Assembly (NCBI RefSeq): GCF_006345805.1
Contig: NC_043001.1
Coordinates: forward strand, 43,958,001-44,022,000
From: Octopus sinensis
Taxonomy: Eukaryota
Length of the DNA stretch: 64,000 nucleotides
Direction: 5' to 3'
Positions 52,948 to 64,000 of the stretch are shown here, one piece after another (the stretch's first letter is position 1; every line of letters starts with the position of its first letter). The notes below the pieces were generated by a model. The model ran no database searches, was not told the origin of the DNA, and was given only the letters and a program-made list of their open reading frames with translations. Position numbers and translations under genes: made by a program.

Positions 52948-52948
52948 G

Positions 52949-53022
<74 letters not shown>
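52862..53022. repeat. (TATC)n microsatellite
   Basis: Direct tandem repeats. Confidence 0.95.
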
Positions 53023-53025
<3 letters not shown>

Positions 53026-53118
53026 TTACTTAAATAATGAGGGTGATAAATTGAATATTAATTTGATTAACATCAATTTAAAACCAGTAGCCCAGCATAT
53101 AGAAAAATATGAAAATTC
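53023..53118 (-). mobile_element. (GATA)n-anchored element fragment; inverted twin of 58367-58462
   Basis: 96 bp with 1 mismatch to the reverse complement of 58367-58462. The terminal motif is related to the 22 kb and 27 kb elements. Confidence 0.8.
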
Positions 53119-53127
53119 AGATAAAGA

Positions 53128-53356
53128 GTAAAACTCTTTTACTCTTTTACTTGTTTCAGTCATTTGACTGCGGCCATGCTGAAGCACCGCCTTTAGTCGA
53201 GCAAATCGACCCCAGGACTTATTCTTTGTAAGCCTAGTACTTATTCTATCGGACTCTTTTGCCGTACCTCTAAGTTACGGGGACGTAAACACACCAGCAT
53301 CGGTTGTCAGGCGATGTTGGGGGAACAAACACAAACACATAAACATATAAGCACAC

Positions 53357-53399
<43 letters not shown>

Positions 53400-53545
53400 A
53401 TATATATATACACATAAATACGACGGGCCTCTTTCAGTTTCCGTCTATCAAATCCACTCACAAAGTTTTGGTCGGCCCGAGACTAGAGAAAAAGACACCT
53501 GCCAAAGGTGCCACACGGTAGGACTGAACCTGGAACCACGTGACC
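53128..53545 (-). mobile_element. Composite SINE copy, minus strand
   Basis: Reverse complement of head-(TA)n-3' module. Confidence 0.75.
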
Positions 53546-53859
53546 AAAAGTCAAAAATTTGTATGACGATTTTTAAAAGAAGAGAAGTGAAACTCTAACG
53601 AAAATCTTTTTATTACTGATAAAGACTGGTTTGAAAGGTTTAAGAAGCGCTTGAATGTACGCGACATAAATTGACCGATGAAGCTGCTAATGCTGATGCA
53701 GAGACTGCTTCTATTAGGTTGTTTTGCATGAAATGTCGCATTTTTAATTACTTGTTATTTCAATCATTTAAAAACTCAATCATGTATACTTAGCATTTAA
53801 CCTTGACTCGTTTTCTTTCCCAATAATATTGGTATACAAAATTCGTACCCACAGACCTT

Positions 53860-54475
53860 ATGAAAATGATAACAACCAAACTATGTTGAGTGATTTTCTC
53901 GTATGAGTACAAATTGGGTCACTCTGCTGCAGAAGCTCTACGGAATATTAAGCGGGCCTTTGGTAATGGTTTCGTTGACATCAGAACTGTTCAGAGATGG
54001 TTCCAAAGCTCTCATTCAGGAGATGATAGCCTTGAAAATAAACCAAGGAGTAGGCCAAAATAAGTTATTCGGCATGATAGATTAAATGCTTTGGTTGAAC
54101 AAAATCCGAGAACAAAGGTCCGAAAACTTTCATCAGAACTTCAAATATCTCACACAACTGTTTTTGGACACTTGTAAAAAATTCTCGACTGGAAAAAAAC
54201 CCATTTTTGCGTAAAATCATTACTTATTATGAGAAATGGATACTCTTTGACAATTGCAGGAGAACAGGACAGAGTCACCTAAACACTACCCAAATCCACC
54301 ATTGCACCCTAAAAAGTTAGTGATCACTATATGGTGGTCTGCAAAGGGAGTTATTTATTATTCGTTTTTGCAACAAGGAAAAACGGTAACAGCCACACCA
54401 TATTGCCAGGAAATTGATTATAAGCATGAGAATTTGAAAATAAAGCAACCCAGACTAGTGAATAGAGATAGCTAA
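53860..54475 (+). pseudogene. Internally deleted mariner transposase remnant
   Basis: YKLGHSAAEA..NI..AFG, RTVQRWF, and PKKLVITIWWSAKGVIYYSFL..GKTVTA..YCQEI. Confidence 0.8.
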
Positions 54476-54964
54476 TTGTTTTAGATAGTTAATTGTTTGT
54501 AGTCGCAAGCAGACACACTCTTGGACTTCAGCAGAACATCCAGAATGTGAAGGCTGGGTAGAAAGAGGAGGCTTGACCAGTACTCGGCAAGTGCTCATTT
54601 ACAGCTGAATAGATTGAAACAACGTGAAATGAAGTGCCTTGCTCTATAAGAGTGCATGCCTCTCAATCCAGGAATTGAACCCATAATCTTACTTCTATGA
54701 GCCAAACACTTTAACCTCCTAGGCTACTTAGGAAGCATTAACATAAAATTGAGGTACGTATTGTGCTGAATTAAGGAATGTGAATTGTTACTGTTCAGGG
54801 TTCTGACGAAATTACAACTATTGTACGAATTGAAGTCCTACATCTAGTGGGGATGTAATTAATGAGCTAATAGTATAAGGCTTAACTATTTTGCTGACAA
54901 AAATAGTTTTGATAAACTAGAGTCTTATCCGGAGCGAAGAATATATCTCATCCGCTCAGTTACG

Positions 54965-55090
54965 CTTTTACACGTCTCAGTCATTTGACTGCGGCCATGC
55001 TGGAGCACTGCCTTTAGTCGAAGAAATCGACCCCAAGACTTATTCTTTATAAGCCTGGTACTTATTCTGTCAGTCTTTTGTGCCAAACCG

Positions 55091-55144
<54 letters not shown>

Positions 55145-55290
55145 GACGGGCTTCTTTCTGTTTCTGTCTACCAAATCCACTTACAAGGTTTTGATCAGCC
55201 TGAGGCTATAGTAGAAGACACTTGCTCAAGGTGCCACGCAATGGGACTGAACCCAGAACCATGTGGTTGGGAAGACAGTTTCTTACTACA
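54965..55290 (-). mobile_element. Composite SINE copy, minus strand
   Basis: Same layout as 53128-53545. Partial minus-strand copies also lie at 58985-59210 and 60372-60535. Confidence 0.75.
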
Positions 55291-55612
55291 CCTTCATTTT
55301 TCCGAATCAAGTTTCTAAATTTGTTATTTTAAATCACCGAGAAAATACCTAACATATTTAAAATATTTAACAAATAGGTTTAAAATATAGAAACATTTTT
55401 CTTCCTTCCTCATTTTCTTCTTTTCTTCTTTTCTGTTTCTTTCTTCACTCGTGTTTGTGTTTTCTTCGGTTTTGGTTTTGTATTTTAAAGTGATTTTGTA
55501 TTATATATGTATCATATGCACACGTGTTATATATGCCATTGATTTTAATGAAATACTTATAAAATAAAACTGAAAATATTGAATGAAGAATTTTTTTCGT
55601 TCTCTTTTCCAG

Positions 55613-55712
55613 TTTGGGTTCTGACAATTTTTTCATTTCTGGCAATTTAGCAACCATAGTGACAACGGCGCAAGCGGGTTTGATGGGTTTAGAAAATACA
55701 TACCCAGACAAG
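55613..55712 (+). CDS. Adhesion/class-B2-like GPCR exon, ICL1 + TM2 + ECL1
   Basis: TTTTTTCGTTCTCTTTTCCAG acceptor and AAG|GTAAGT donor. Phase 2-0: (G)LGSDNFFISGNLATIVTTAQAGLMGLENTYPDK. Confidence 0.85.
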
Positions 55713-56386
55713 GTAAGTAAGACTAGTTATCGTTCGATCAGTTAAGACCTCACAGAATTGTTATAATAATGATTATTAGTTTCGTAGCACAAATGACCCT
55801 AGGGCAACACCGTGAGACATCTGGGTGACACCGGGTAACACCAGGGTGATCTTAGTATTTTGATGATGATTCAAAAGTAAGTATTATAAACAACAATGTT
55901 ACTTCAATTATCTTCTCTGAGTCTTCAGAAGCACTGGAACTCAGCGGTTGAAGCTAACGAAACACTTGGTATCATATTTATTTACCGTTACGTTACAAAT
56001 ACCTTGCCTCGACGAGCAGGTTTTGATATATCCAAAAGCATGCGAAGTAAAGTTAGTGTTTGGGTTCTCTTCATTGTTTAGTAGTGATTGCTGAGACAGA
56101 TAGAATGGTGTAGTAAGAGAACAGAATTAGAACTAGAGAGAATTGTAGGGTGTGGAACGTTGCTGACAGTAAACTTCATTTCTCCCTCTGACCAATGTTA
56201 GAAAGGTTAGAAAGGGTCAAATTTCGTGGTGAAGACATTATTTCGGCCTAGCTAAAGGCATCTGGAAAATGTAAAACTGCTGTCAGAGAAAAACCATTGT
56301 TCCATCGTGGGAAAAGTTCTGCAGCAGTGTTAATTTAAATTTGGCTATGGTGGATCGAATCCACTTCATGCATGCAAGATCAATTA

Positions 56387-56570
56387 CATTCTTCTTCTTC
56401 TTCTTCTTCTTCTTCTTCTTCTCTTCTTCTTCTTCTTCTCCTTCTTCTTCTTCTTCTTCTTCTTCTTCTTCTTCTTCTTCTTCTTCTTCTTCTTCTCCTT
56501 CTTCTTCTTCTTCTTCTTCTTCTTCTTCTCCCCCCCCTCTCTCTCTCTCTCTCTCCCCTCTCTCTCTCTG
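56387..56570. repeat. (TTC)n/(CT)n microsatellite
   Basis: Direct tandem repeats; source of the poly-S/L/E/K pseudo-ORFs. Confidence 0.95.
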
Positions 56571-58051
56571 TTTCCCCTCCCACTGGAAGACGAGCAAATA
56601 TCCAAGCATACAAGTTTCCTTTCCGCACGTCAATGATATCCGAAGGAAAAGGAAGGGTTGATACAGTTTACACCAGTGATGTTGCAACGTTCTCGTCTGT
56701 TCTGGCTCTTCAGCGCCTCGTACATTCATTTAAAGAGATTTTAACTATAAAATTTGAATTTATAATAGGCGGAACCGGTTCTTATTAATGGACAGGGCAA
56801 CAAATTTATAGGAGGAGATGGAACTGTGTACAGTGTATACCTTATAATAATGGTAACATTTTGTTTCTGTTATTATCGATATGGGAATAAATTTTGATGA
56901 AGACACAAAACTTGTCACAAGTGTTTAACCATTTTTATTGCGGAAAATATATACTTTGGGCCATTTACTGACTAATTGTGAATAATTCTAGTATTGAACT
57001 ATGATGATTTAAAATGTCTTGTAATCTAATAACAAATAACAACATTTGAACGGTATTATTACCAGTCTAACTAAGGTGGCAAGCTGGCAAAATCGTTACT
57101 GTACCAGGCAAAATGCTTAGCGACATTTAACCCGTCTTTATGTTCTGAGTTCAAATTCTGTCGAGGTCAACTCTGTCTTTTATCCTTTCGGAGTTGATAA
57201 AGTGAATGCTGACGTCGACGTAATTAACTAGCTGCCTCTCTCGAAATTTCAGGTCTTGCGTATATAGTAGAAAGGTATCATTACCATTCTAAATGAGGCG
57301 GGGAGCTTGCAAGTTCGTTGTCGCACCGGACAAAAATGCTTAGCAGCATTTTGTCTGTATTTACCTTTACATCCTGAGTTCAAATTCCGCTGAAGTGGAC
57401 TTTATCTTTCATCCTTTGGGGGTTGATAAAATGAGTACCAGCTGTGTGCTGAGGTCGATGAAGTTGATTTGCTTGCTTCTTTACGACAATCGCCACTGCT
57501 CTGCCTAACAAACGAACTACATTTTTCTCTTTTAAAATTAATGCTTGAACATCACATAATCTAAATTCTACTTCCCTTTTCTCATCATTGTAAAGTCTTA
57601 TCATTATGGAAGACATGATAATCATTAATAATTTTAAATTTTAAAAAAAATAACAAAAAAGATAAATTCTAACTAACCCTCGAAACACGAATTACTCCTT
57701 TAATCCTCTTATACTCAAAACTTATTGTATTAATCAAAACTGATATTACTAACACCCAAAATATCAGAAGGCGGTAAATCGATTTAAAGAAAATCTGGAA
57801 TCTATTTTTACACAAAATACTCGCAACGGCCCACCCGACAGTTCAGCTTTCATCATGTACCTCTTTACTTCTTTATAGAGTGTAAGCAAATTAAGATTGA
57901 CACTTTCATCGGACGTTTTCAACAGCTTTTTGCAGAAGGCTTTATCCTTAATTCGATTAAATCGGATTATTACTTTTTTTTCAAGGCCTTTTGTTCTTCA
58001 TAATCAATTTACGTAAAATCATACACCGATAGAGTATAAATATATATATAT

Positions 58052-58245
<194 letters not shown>

Positions 58246-58344
58246 GCGTATAACAAGGGATGAGACAACATTATTTTCTTTGTGGTTAGATCGTAGTGAT
58301 CTTCTTCTAGCATATTGGATGTCCACTTAGTGGTCATCTCTTAT

Positions 58345-58570
<226 letters not shown>

Positions 58571-59226
58571 TACATATATACATACATACATGAATATAAA
58601 CGTGTGTGTGTGTGTGTAAAATAGCATAACTCGCATCGCGAAAATGTTGCATTCCTAAATATCTTCGTGCATTTCTTTGAATAGCAATTACGTTCATCAG
58701 TATACTACGTCCTGACAGTACGTTGATCCATACACTGAAAAGCCTTTCCATTTTAGGCGTCATGTCAGATCTCTGAAAAAGTAAATAAACACGCCCGAGA
58801 ATTTGACGGAGTAGCTGTTCGAAGACTAGAGCTAATCTTGTCTTTATTGTCATATATTGTTCCCACTGTACATGTTTCAGGCTTCCATATTTTTGCAGTA
58901 TGACAGAATTTTTTAACCCGCATCAAACTTTTGTAGAAATCAAGTTTAATAACCAACATAATACCTTTAAGACTTCTATTCGCGCAACAACTTTTATTCT
59001 TTTACTTGTTTCAGTCATTTTGGCAGCGGCCATTCTGGAGCAGCGCCTTAAAGGGTTTTTAGTTGGAGCAATCAATCTCAGGACATATTCTTTGTAAGCC
59101 TAGAACTTATTCTATCGGTCTCTTTTGCCGAACCGCTAGTTTACGGGGACCTAAACACACCAACATCGGTTGTCAAGCGAAGGTGGTGGTGGTGGGGAAC
59201 AAACACAAACACACACACACACACAC

Positions 59227-59267
<41 letters not shown>

Positions 59268-59722
59268 ATATACATATTTAGTGAGAGTGGTCACTAATTT
59301 AAAGTATGAATGTGTTCGTGACAAAATTCATTAAATGCGCTTTTGAGAAGCTTGTGCAATGAATGTCAGAAGGCAGTTTTTTAAACAAAACATTGTAATT
59401 TTATCAAAATAGGAACGAGTGCTGACAAGCATCAAGAGGTGTTGCCTGTATGTGTATGTGAATCAGGTAAAGCAATACTTTTGAACAAAAGGATTCTGTT
59501 GGAAGACATTGTAAGCTAATATGAATGAAGCTAGTTTAACTGAAAATATACAGTTCATTATGAGGACGAGTTGTGGCTGATATCATCCAGACTTTCAAGG
59601 AGCGAAGTGAGCATAAATGAACTAGGCTGTTCAGGAGGTGACAAATCGAGAACCGATATAACACCAAGTTGGTCGTACAAAGTTAGTGGAGAAAAACCAG
59701 AAGCTGTTTCATTCACCAACTA

Positions 59723-60250
59723 CCGTAAATCCTCTAGTATAGTCCGCCCTTGAGTATAATACGCAGGGGACTTTTGGGAGGGGTGGGCTGTACCTCTGAA
59801 AAACCTAAACCTTGTGTATAATACGCACCCCTCTCTAACTTGAGTTAAGGAGGTCTATATAACGTCCTTGGTTTGTAAAAATGTATACGGTAACGTCCTT
59901 TATTATTATTGTATATATGTAACGTAATGCAAACGTGTAGCTTTTTTGTGCATTTTGTTTGCAGAAAATAAAGAAATAACAGTAATAACAGTAATAACGT
60001 TTAATAAATGTTGCTTACTGCAAGTTATGGATGATTCTTTTATGACTTCATTGCTTTCAGGCTTAGCTTAAAGTATTTTCGTGCCCGACATTACAAAATG
60101 TGTCTGAATAAACATCGCCGGACAGCAAATAGAGTCTCGGACATTGCTTAGAAAATAATTTTCATTTTTAATCTCGTATATAGTACGCACTAAGGATTTT
60201 GACCTTTAAATTTGGGGGAAAAGATGCGGATTATACTCGAGGATCTACGG
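59723..60250. mobile_element. Tc2/Kanga-like MITE
   Basis: TA|CCGTAAATCCTCTAGTATAGTCCGC and GCGGATTATACTCGAGGATCTACGG|TA as inverted termini. Confidence 0.8.
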
Positions 60251-61169
60251 TACTTAAAAACCGCGCTTTACTTATTGTATCCCTGCATGTCCAGCTCTGA
60301 TTGGTTGGAGCATACCACAGCACAACTGTGCTATGTCGTAGCAACACAACTAGCATTCCTGACTCACTACACATATATACGACGAGCTTCTTTCAGTTTC
60401 CATTTATCAAATCCACCCACAAGGCTTTGGTCAACCCGAGGCTGTAGCAGAAGACACTTGCCCAAGGTGCCACACAGTGGGACTGGACCAGGAACCATGT
60501 GGGTGAAAAGCAAGCTTCTTACCACACAGCCACACCTGTCAGCTTGAAGAAGACATTACACCTTATGCAGTTGCGGTGATACACAATAAATTATCACTAA
60601 ATGGTGAAATGCGAAGAAAGTAATGATGTTAAAAATAGTTGTCTTATTATTCGGATTCAATAGAAATGAGAAAATGAAAGGGTTTTAGGAGTAATGTCAA
60701 AGGGCAGATAGGAAGTACTGCATGATTAAAATTACAAGACCCAGGTCATTTGAACTGCTGGATCCAGAAACAAGGGCTGATGTTAGCAAGAGCATTGAGA
60801 GCAATGAAAAACAAGATCAGGTGAATTGGTCCACGCACAAATAAAGTGGAAATGGAGAAGAGGATGGATAGATGGAAGAGGACGGATAGAAACTTCAGAG
60901 TAGTGAAAAATAATGTGTGGGGAGAGGATGGAGTGAGTATGTGTTGGCAAAAATGTTAAGAATAGTGTAAAGTAAGGAAAAAAGATTGTAGGGGTAAACT
61001 TCATTTGACAATAGAATTGGTTGGCAGGAACTAACAAAAATTACAGAAAACTGCTGAAGAACTGACGTGATGAGTGGTCAGGCATATTAAAAAAAAGTAT
61101 TGAACAACTGAGTTCAATATAGAGGAAGGGAGAAGGGAGTTACATATAAAAACCAAACACGCCATCTTC

Positions 61170-62330
61170 AATTCAGTGTTTGTGCCTTATATACGGTCAT
61201 GAATCTTGTGTAATGACCGAAAGAATACGATCGCAAATACAAGCACCTGAAAGGGGGTTCCTCTGAAGGGTCTTTGGAGTAACGTTTACTCGACAGAGTG
61301 TGAAGCTCAGAGATAAGAGAGGTGCTCTAGGTGAAGTCGCTTCTTCTTCAAATTGAGAGATCACAAATCCGATATTACAGACGTGTGGTAAGGATGTCTC
61401 AGAAAACAATTGCTGGACAAGTTTTATGGACGAAACCATCCAGCAGGAGACCCAGAGCTCAGTGGTAGCTCATAGATAAAATTAGTGGGGATGCTGCTTC
61501 AGAAAATTTATAGCTGTTGTTTTAATATTGTGTAAAAAGAAACAAACAAATAAAAAGAAAATTTATACCTAAACTTGATCGGTTCATATTTTAGCCACTG
61601 CCGGGTAGTATGTTTAATTTGTTCACTGAACACTGCTGCGAATTACCCCTTGTTTTTCAAAAATTCCCACTAAATCACAAAATAAGGGAGGAAAGTCTGC
61701 TCTATTTTTCAAATCCTGGCAGCAACACTAATTGGAAGCAGGATAATAATCTAATTCTACACTTTATCACATTCAAGAATATAAACACGTTTTTAAGCAC
61801 AACACAAGCGGAGTCAAAAAGACACACTGCCTTTCACCAGCACACAAGGGTCGGCACTGCATGAACCACAGTGCTCTCTCTCCCTAGTGCGAAGCTTCCT
61901 ATCTTGGACATGTGAGTGTGTGCACAACAGCCAAACACTGTGTTGCTGGAACTGTGAAGCACACAGTTCTATACAAGAATTTTTGTATTTTTTCTATAAA
62001 TTAGGGGATGGCTACTGACATTAGGCTTAGGGATTATATAATGTACAAGTATAAAGAAAAAATTGAAGAAAAAAGGACTCATTATATTGAATGTTATCAA
62101 TAATATCGAGTGGAAATAGTGGGTGCTGCAGTTTTGCAGTGCCATACATGAACCGCCACTGCCAGAGCTAGACTACAAGCAAGATGTCTGAATAACATCC
62201 ATGAGTTCAGTTGGTCTTGCTTGGGGATCCAGCCGGATCAAGAAGAGACATTTGTTTCTGATAGGACCCAATTGGAAGGCATGCTTAAGGACTCTGCCTC
62301 CATGACCCTCCCAAGAATAAATGGGTGAAA
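61170..62330 (+). pseudogene. RTE-clade LINE 3' remnant interrupted by a hAT element
   Basis: YGHES.VMTERIRSQIQAPERGFL, EIREVL, QIERSQIRYY and KPSSRRP...RCLNNI continue across the insertion. Confidence 0.75.
61460..62161 (+). mobile_element. hAT non-autonomous element, 702 bp, 8-bp TSD
   Basis: CAGTGGTAGCTC...GAACCGCCACTG termini. TSD CCAGAGCT at 61452-61459 and 62162-62169. Confidence 0.92.
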
Positions 62331-62649
62331 AAGATGAGATGAGATTAGATGGGTTCAATCCCAATGCATGGTACCTTGGGCAAATATCTTTTATTATACC
62401 CCAAGCTGACCAATGCTTTGTGAATGAATTTGGTTAATGGAAACTATGTAGATACCCATTGTATTTATATTCATGTATGTGTGTGTAAGTGTATCTTTGC
62501 ACTTGTCCCCACCACACACACACACTTGACAATCAGTATAGGTTTCTTTACATACACAAAAATGATTGTATTCCTAGAGAGCAGGAACATGTCTGGTTAG
62601 ATGTGACTACTATCTCCTTTGGGAATATATATACACATACAAAAAGCAC

Positions 62650-62810
62650 CCACTACACTCACGGAGTGGTTGGCGTTAGGAAGGGCATCCAGCTGTAGAA
62701 ACATTGCCAGATAAGACTGGAGCCTGGTGCAGCCTTCTGGCTTCCCAGATCCCCGGTCCAACCCATGCTAGCATGGAGAATGGACGCTAAACGATGATGA
62801 TGATGATGAT
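62650..62810 (+). mobile_element. RTE-type 3' tail / SINE ending in (GAT)n
   Basis: GGTTGGCGTTAGGAAGGGCATCC...AACCCATGCTAGCATGGAGAATGGACGCTAAACGATGATG. Confidence 0.6.
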
Positions 62811-63144
62811 ATATTCTCTCTGCATAGCTTTTTTACAATATTTTACAATATCTCAACACATAATTTGTTGGCTTCAACAATTTTAAATGCAATATATTAC
62901 CTATTTTAGAGGTTTCCTCAGAATGAACATGTTTCACTAAAGGGGAAAACTGTACCATCTGTAATAGTTTGTAAGGTTGCAACGTATTTCAGTCAATGGT
63001 TTTTATGTTTTTCAATTGACCTCCCAGTAAAATCAACAATGAAACTGTTTGCATGTTACATGAAACATTGCTTTTTGTGAAGTCATCATTGTATTGTAGG
63101 CTTATTTTTTTTTATTTAATTTAATTTTATTTTATCAATTACAG

Positions 63145-63237
63145 GGCTTCTGTATAGCTGCAACTGTGGCAATAGTGTTTCTGTTCACATCAGCATATAG
63201 TTGGATGTTTCTTTTTGCCTGTTGGAAATTAGCAGAT
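63145..63237 (+). CDS. Adhesion/class-B2-like GPCR exon, TM3
   Basis: TTTTATTTTATCAATTACAG acceptor and GAT|GTGAGT donor. Phase 0-0: GFCIAATVAIVFLFTSAYSWMFLFACWKLAD, with the conserved top-of-TM3 Cys and the WM motif. Confidence 0.88.
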
Positions 63238-63593
63238 GTGAGTAACTCATGTTTATATTTTGATTATATAGAATGTTGATATAATTCCGATTGCAATAAT
63301 AAAATTATTTGCTAGTATTAAATGTCTTAGATGAAAATGCTTAAAACTATGTATGATATGATTACCAAGGTTTTTGTGAAAAGGTGATTAGTCATATCTT
63401 ACTGTCCCATTTCAAACTGCTCACATGCACTTGGATAAGAAAGCAATTGAAGACACCCAGAGATAATTCATCAGGTTCTGATAAATTTGTAAGTGATCTA
63501 AAAGGGTATACCACAACTAATTAAAGACACCATTGATATTATCTACCATAAAGAATAAACTATCCACTTTGAACATAAACTTCTTATGTTTAG

Positions 63594-63764
63594 CCCTTTA
63601 GCATTTAAACTGGCCATATCTGGCTAAAATATTTTACTTGTTTTTATGTTTATACTGGCTAGATCTAGCTTCTCATACCTAGCCTACATTGTCATTCTAA
63701 AAATATACAATCACATCATCAAAATCTTGAAGCTACAGGATAATGCATGATTAATTAAAAAGGG
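63594..63764. mobile_element. piggyBac-like MITE
   Basis: CCCTTT...AAAGGG termini with identical TTAG flanks (63590-63593, 63765-63768). Confidence 0.5.
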
Positions 63765-64000
63765 TTAGGTCAGAATTGTTACTAGTGAGCTAATAGAATT
63801 ATTAGTGCACCAGAAATTTTTTTTCTGGCTCTTTACATTCTGAATCAAAATACTGCCATGGTCAACTTTACCTTTCACTCATTCAGGGTCATTACCATAA
63901 AGTACTTGTCAAGCACGGGATTGATGACATCGACTAACCCTTTCCTCCCCCAAATTGGTTGCTTTCTGCCTTAATAAAAAGCTATAATTGGTAGCAAGCT

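Overview
AT-rich, microsatellite- and transposon-dense eukaryotic DNA. The SINE and microsatellite content looks like an octopus genome (pattern recognition, not a database hit). The ORF track misses a spliced + strand host gene. Three short exons with canonical splice sites (50734-50837, 55613-55712, 63145-63237) join in frame into TM1-TM3 of a divergent adhesion-type (class B2) GPCR. Two upstream exons (12544-12672, 12802-12858) encode a SEA-like segment that may belong to the same gene. The rest is mostly mobile DNA. (1) A very young CsRn1-clade Ty3/gypsy element (3339-8924; identical 418-bp LTRs, GAAT TSD, tRNA-Trp PBS) whose 5' region was scrambled by microhomology-linked inversions and duplications. 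(2) Tc1/mariner (DD41D, DD37D, DD34D), pogo/Tigger, Tc2, hAT, Chapaev3-like, piggyBac-like and Helitron-like remnants. (3) CR1-, RTE-, R4/Dong- and Penelope-like retroelement fragments and many SINEs. The main unexplained structure is a family of short elements whose 3' ends abut (TA)n or (GATA)n tracts; four of the seven insertions carry fold-back palindromes at their 5' ends. No rRNA genes, bona fide tRNA genes or CRISPR arrays are supported.
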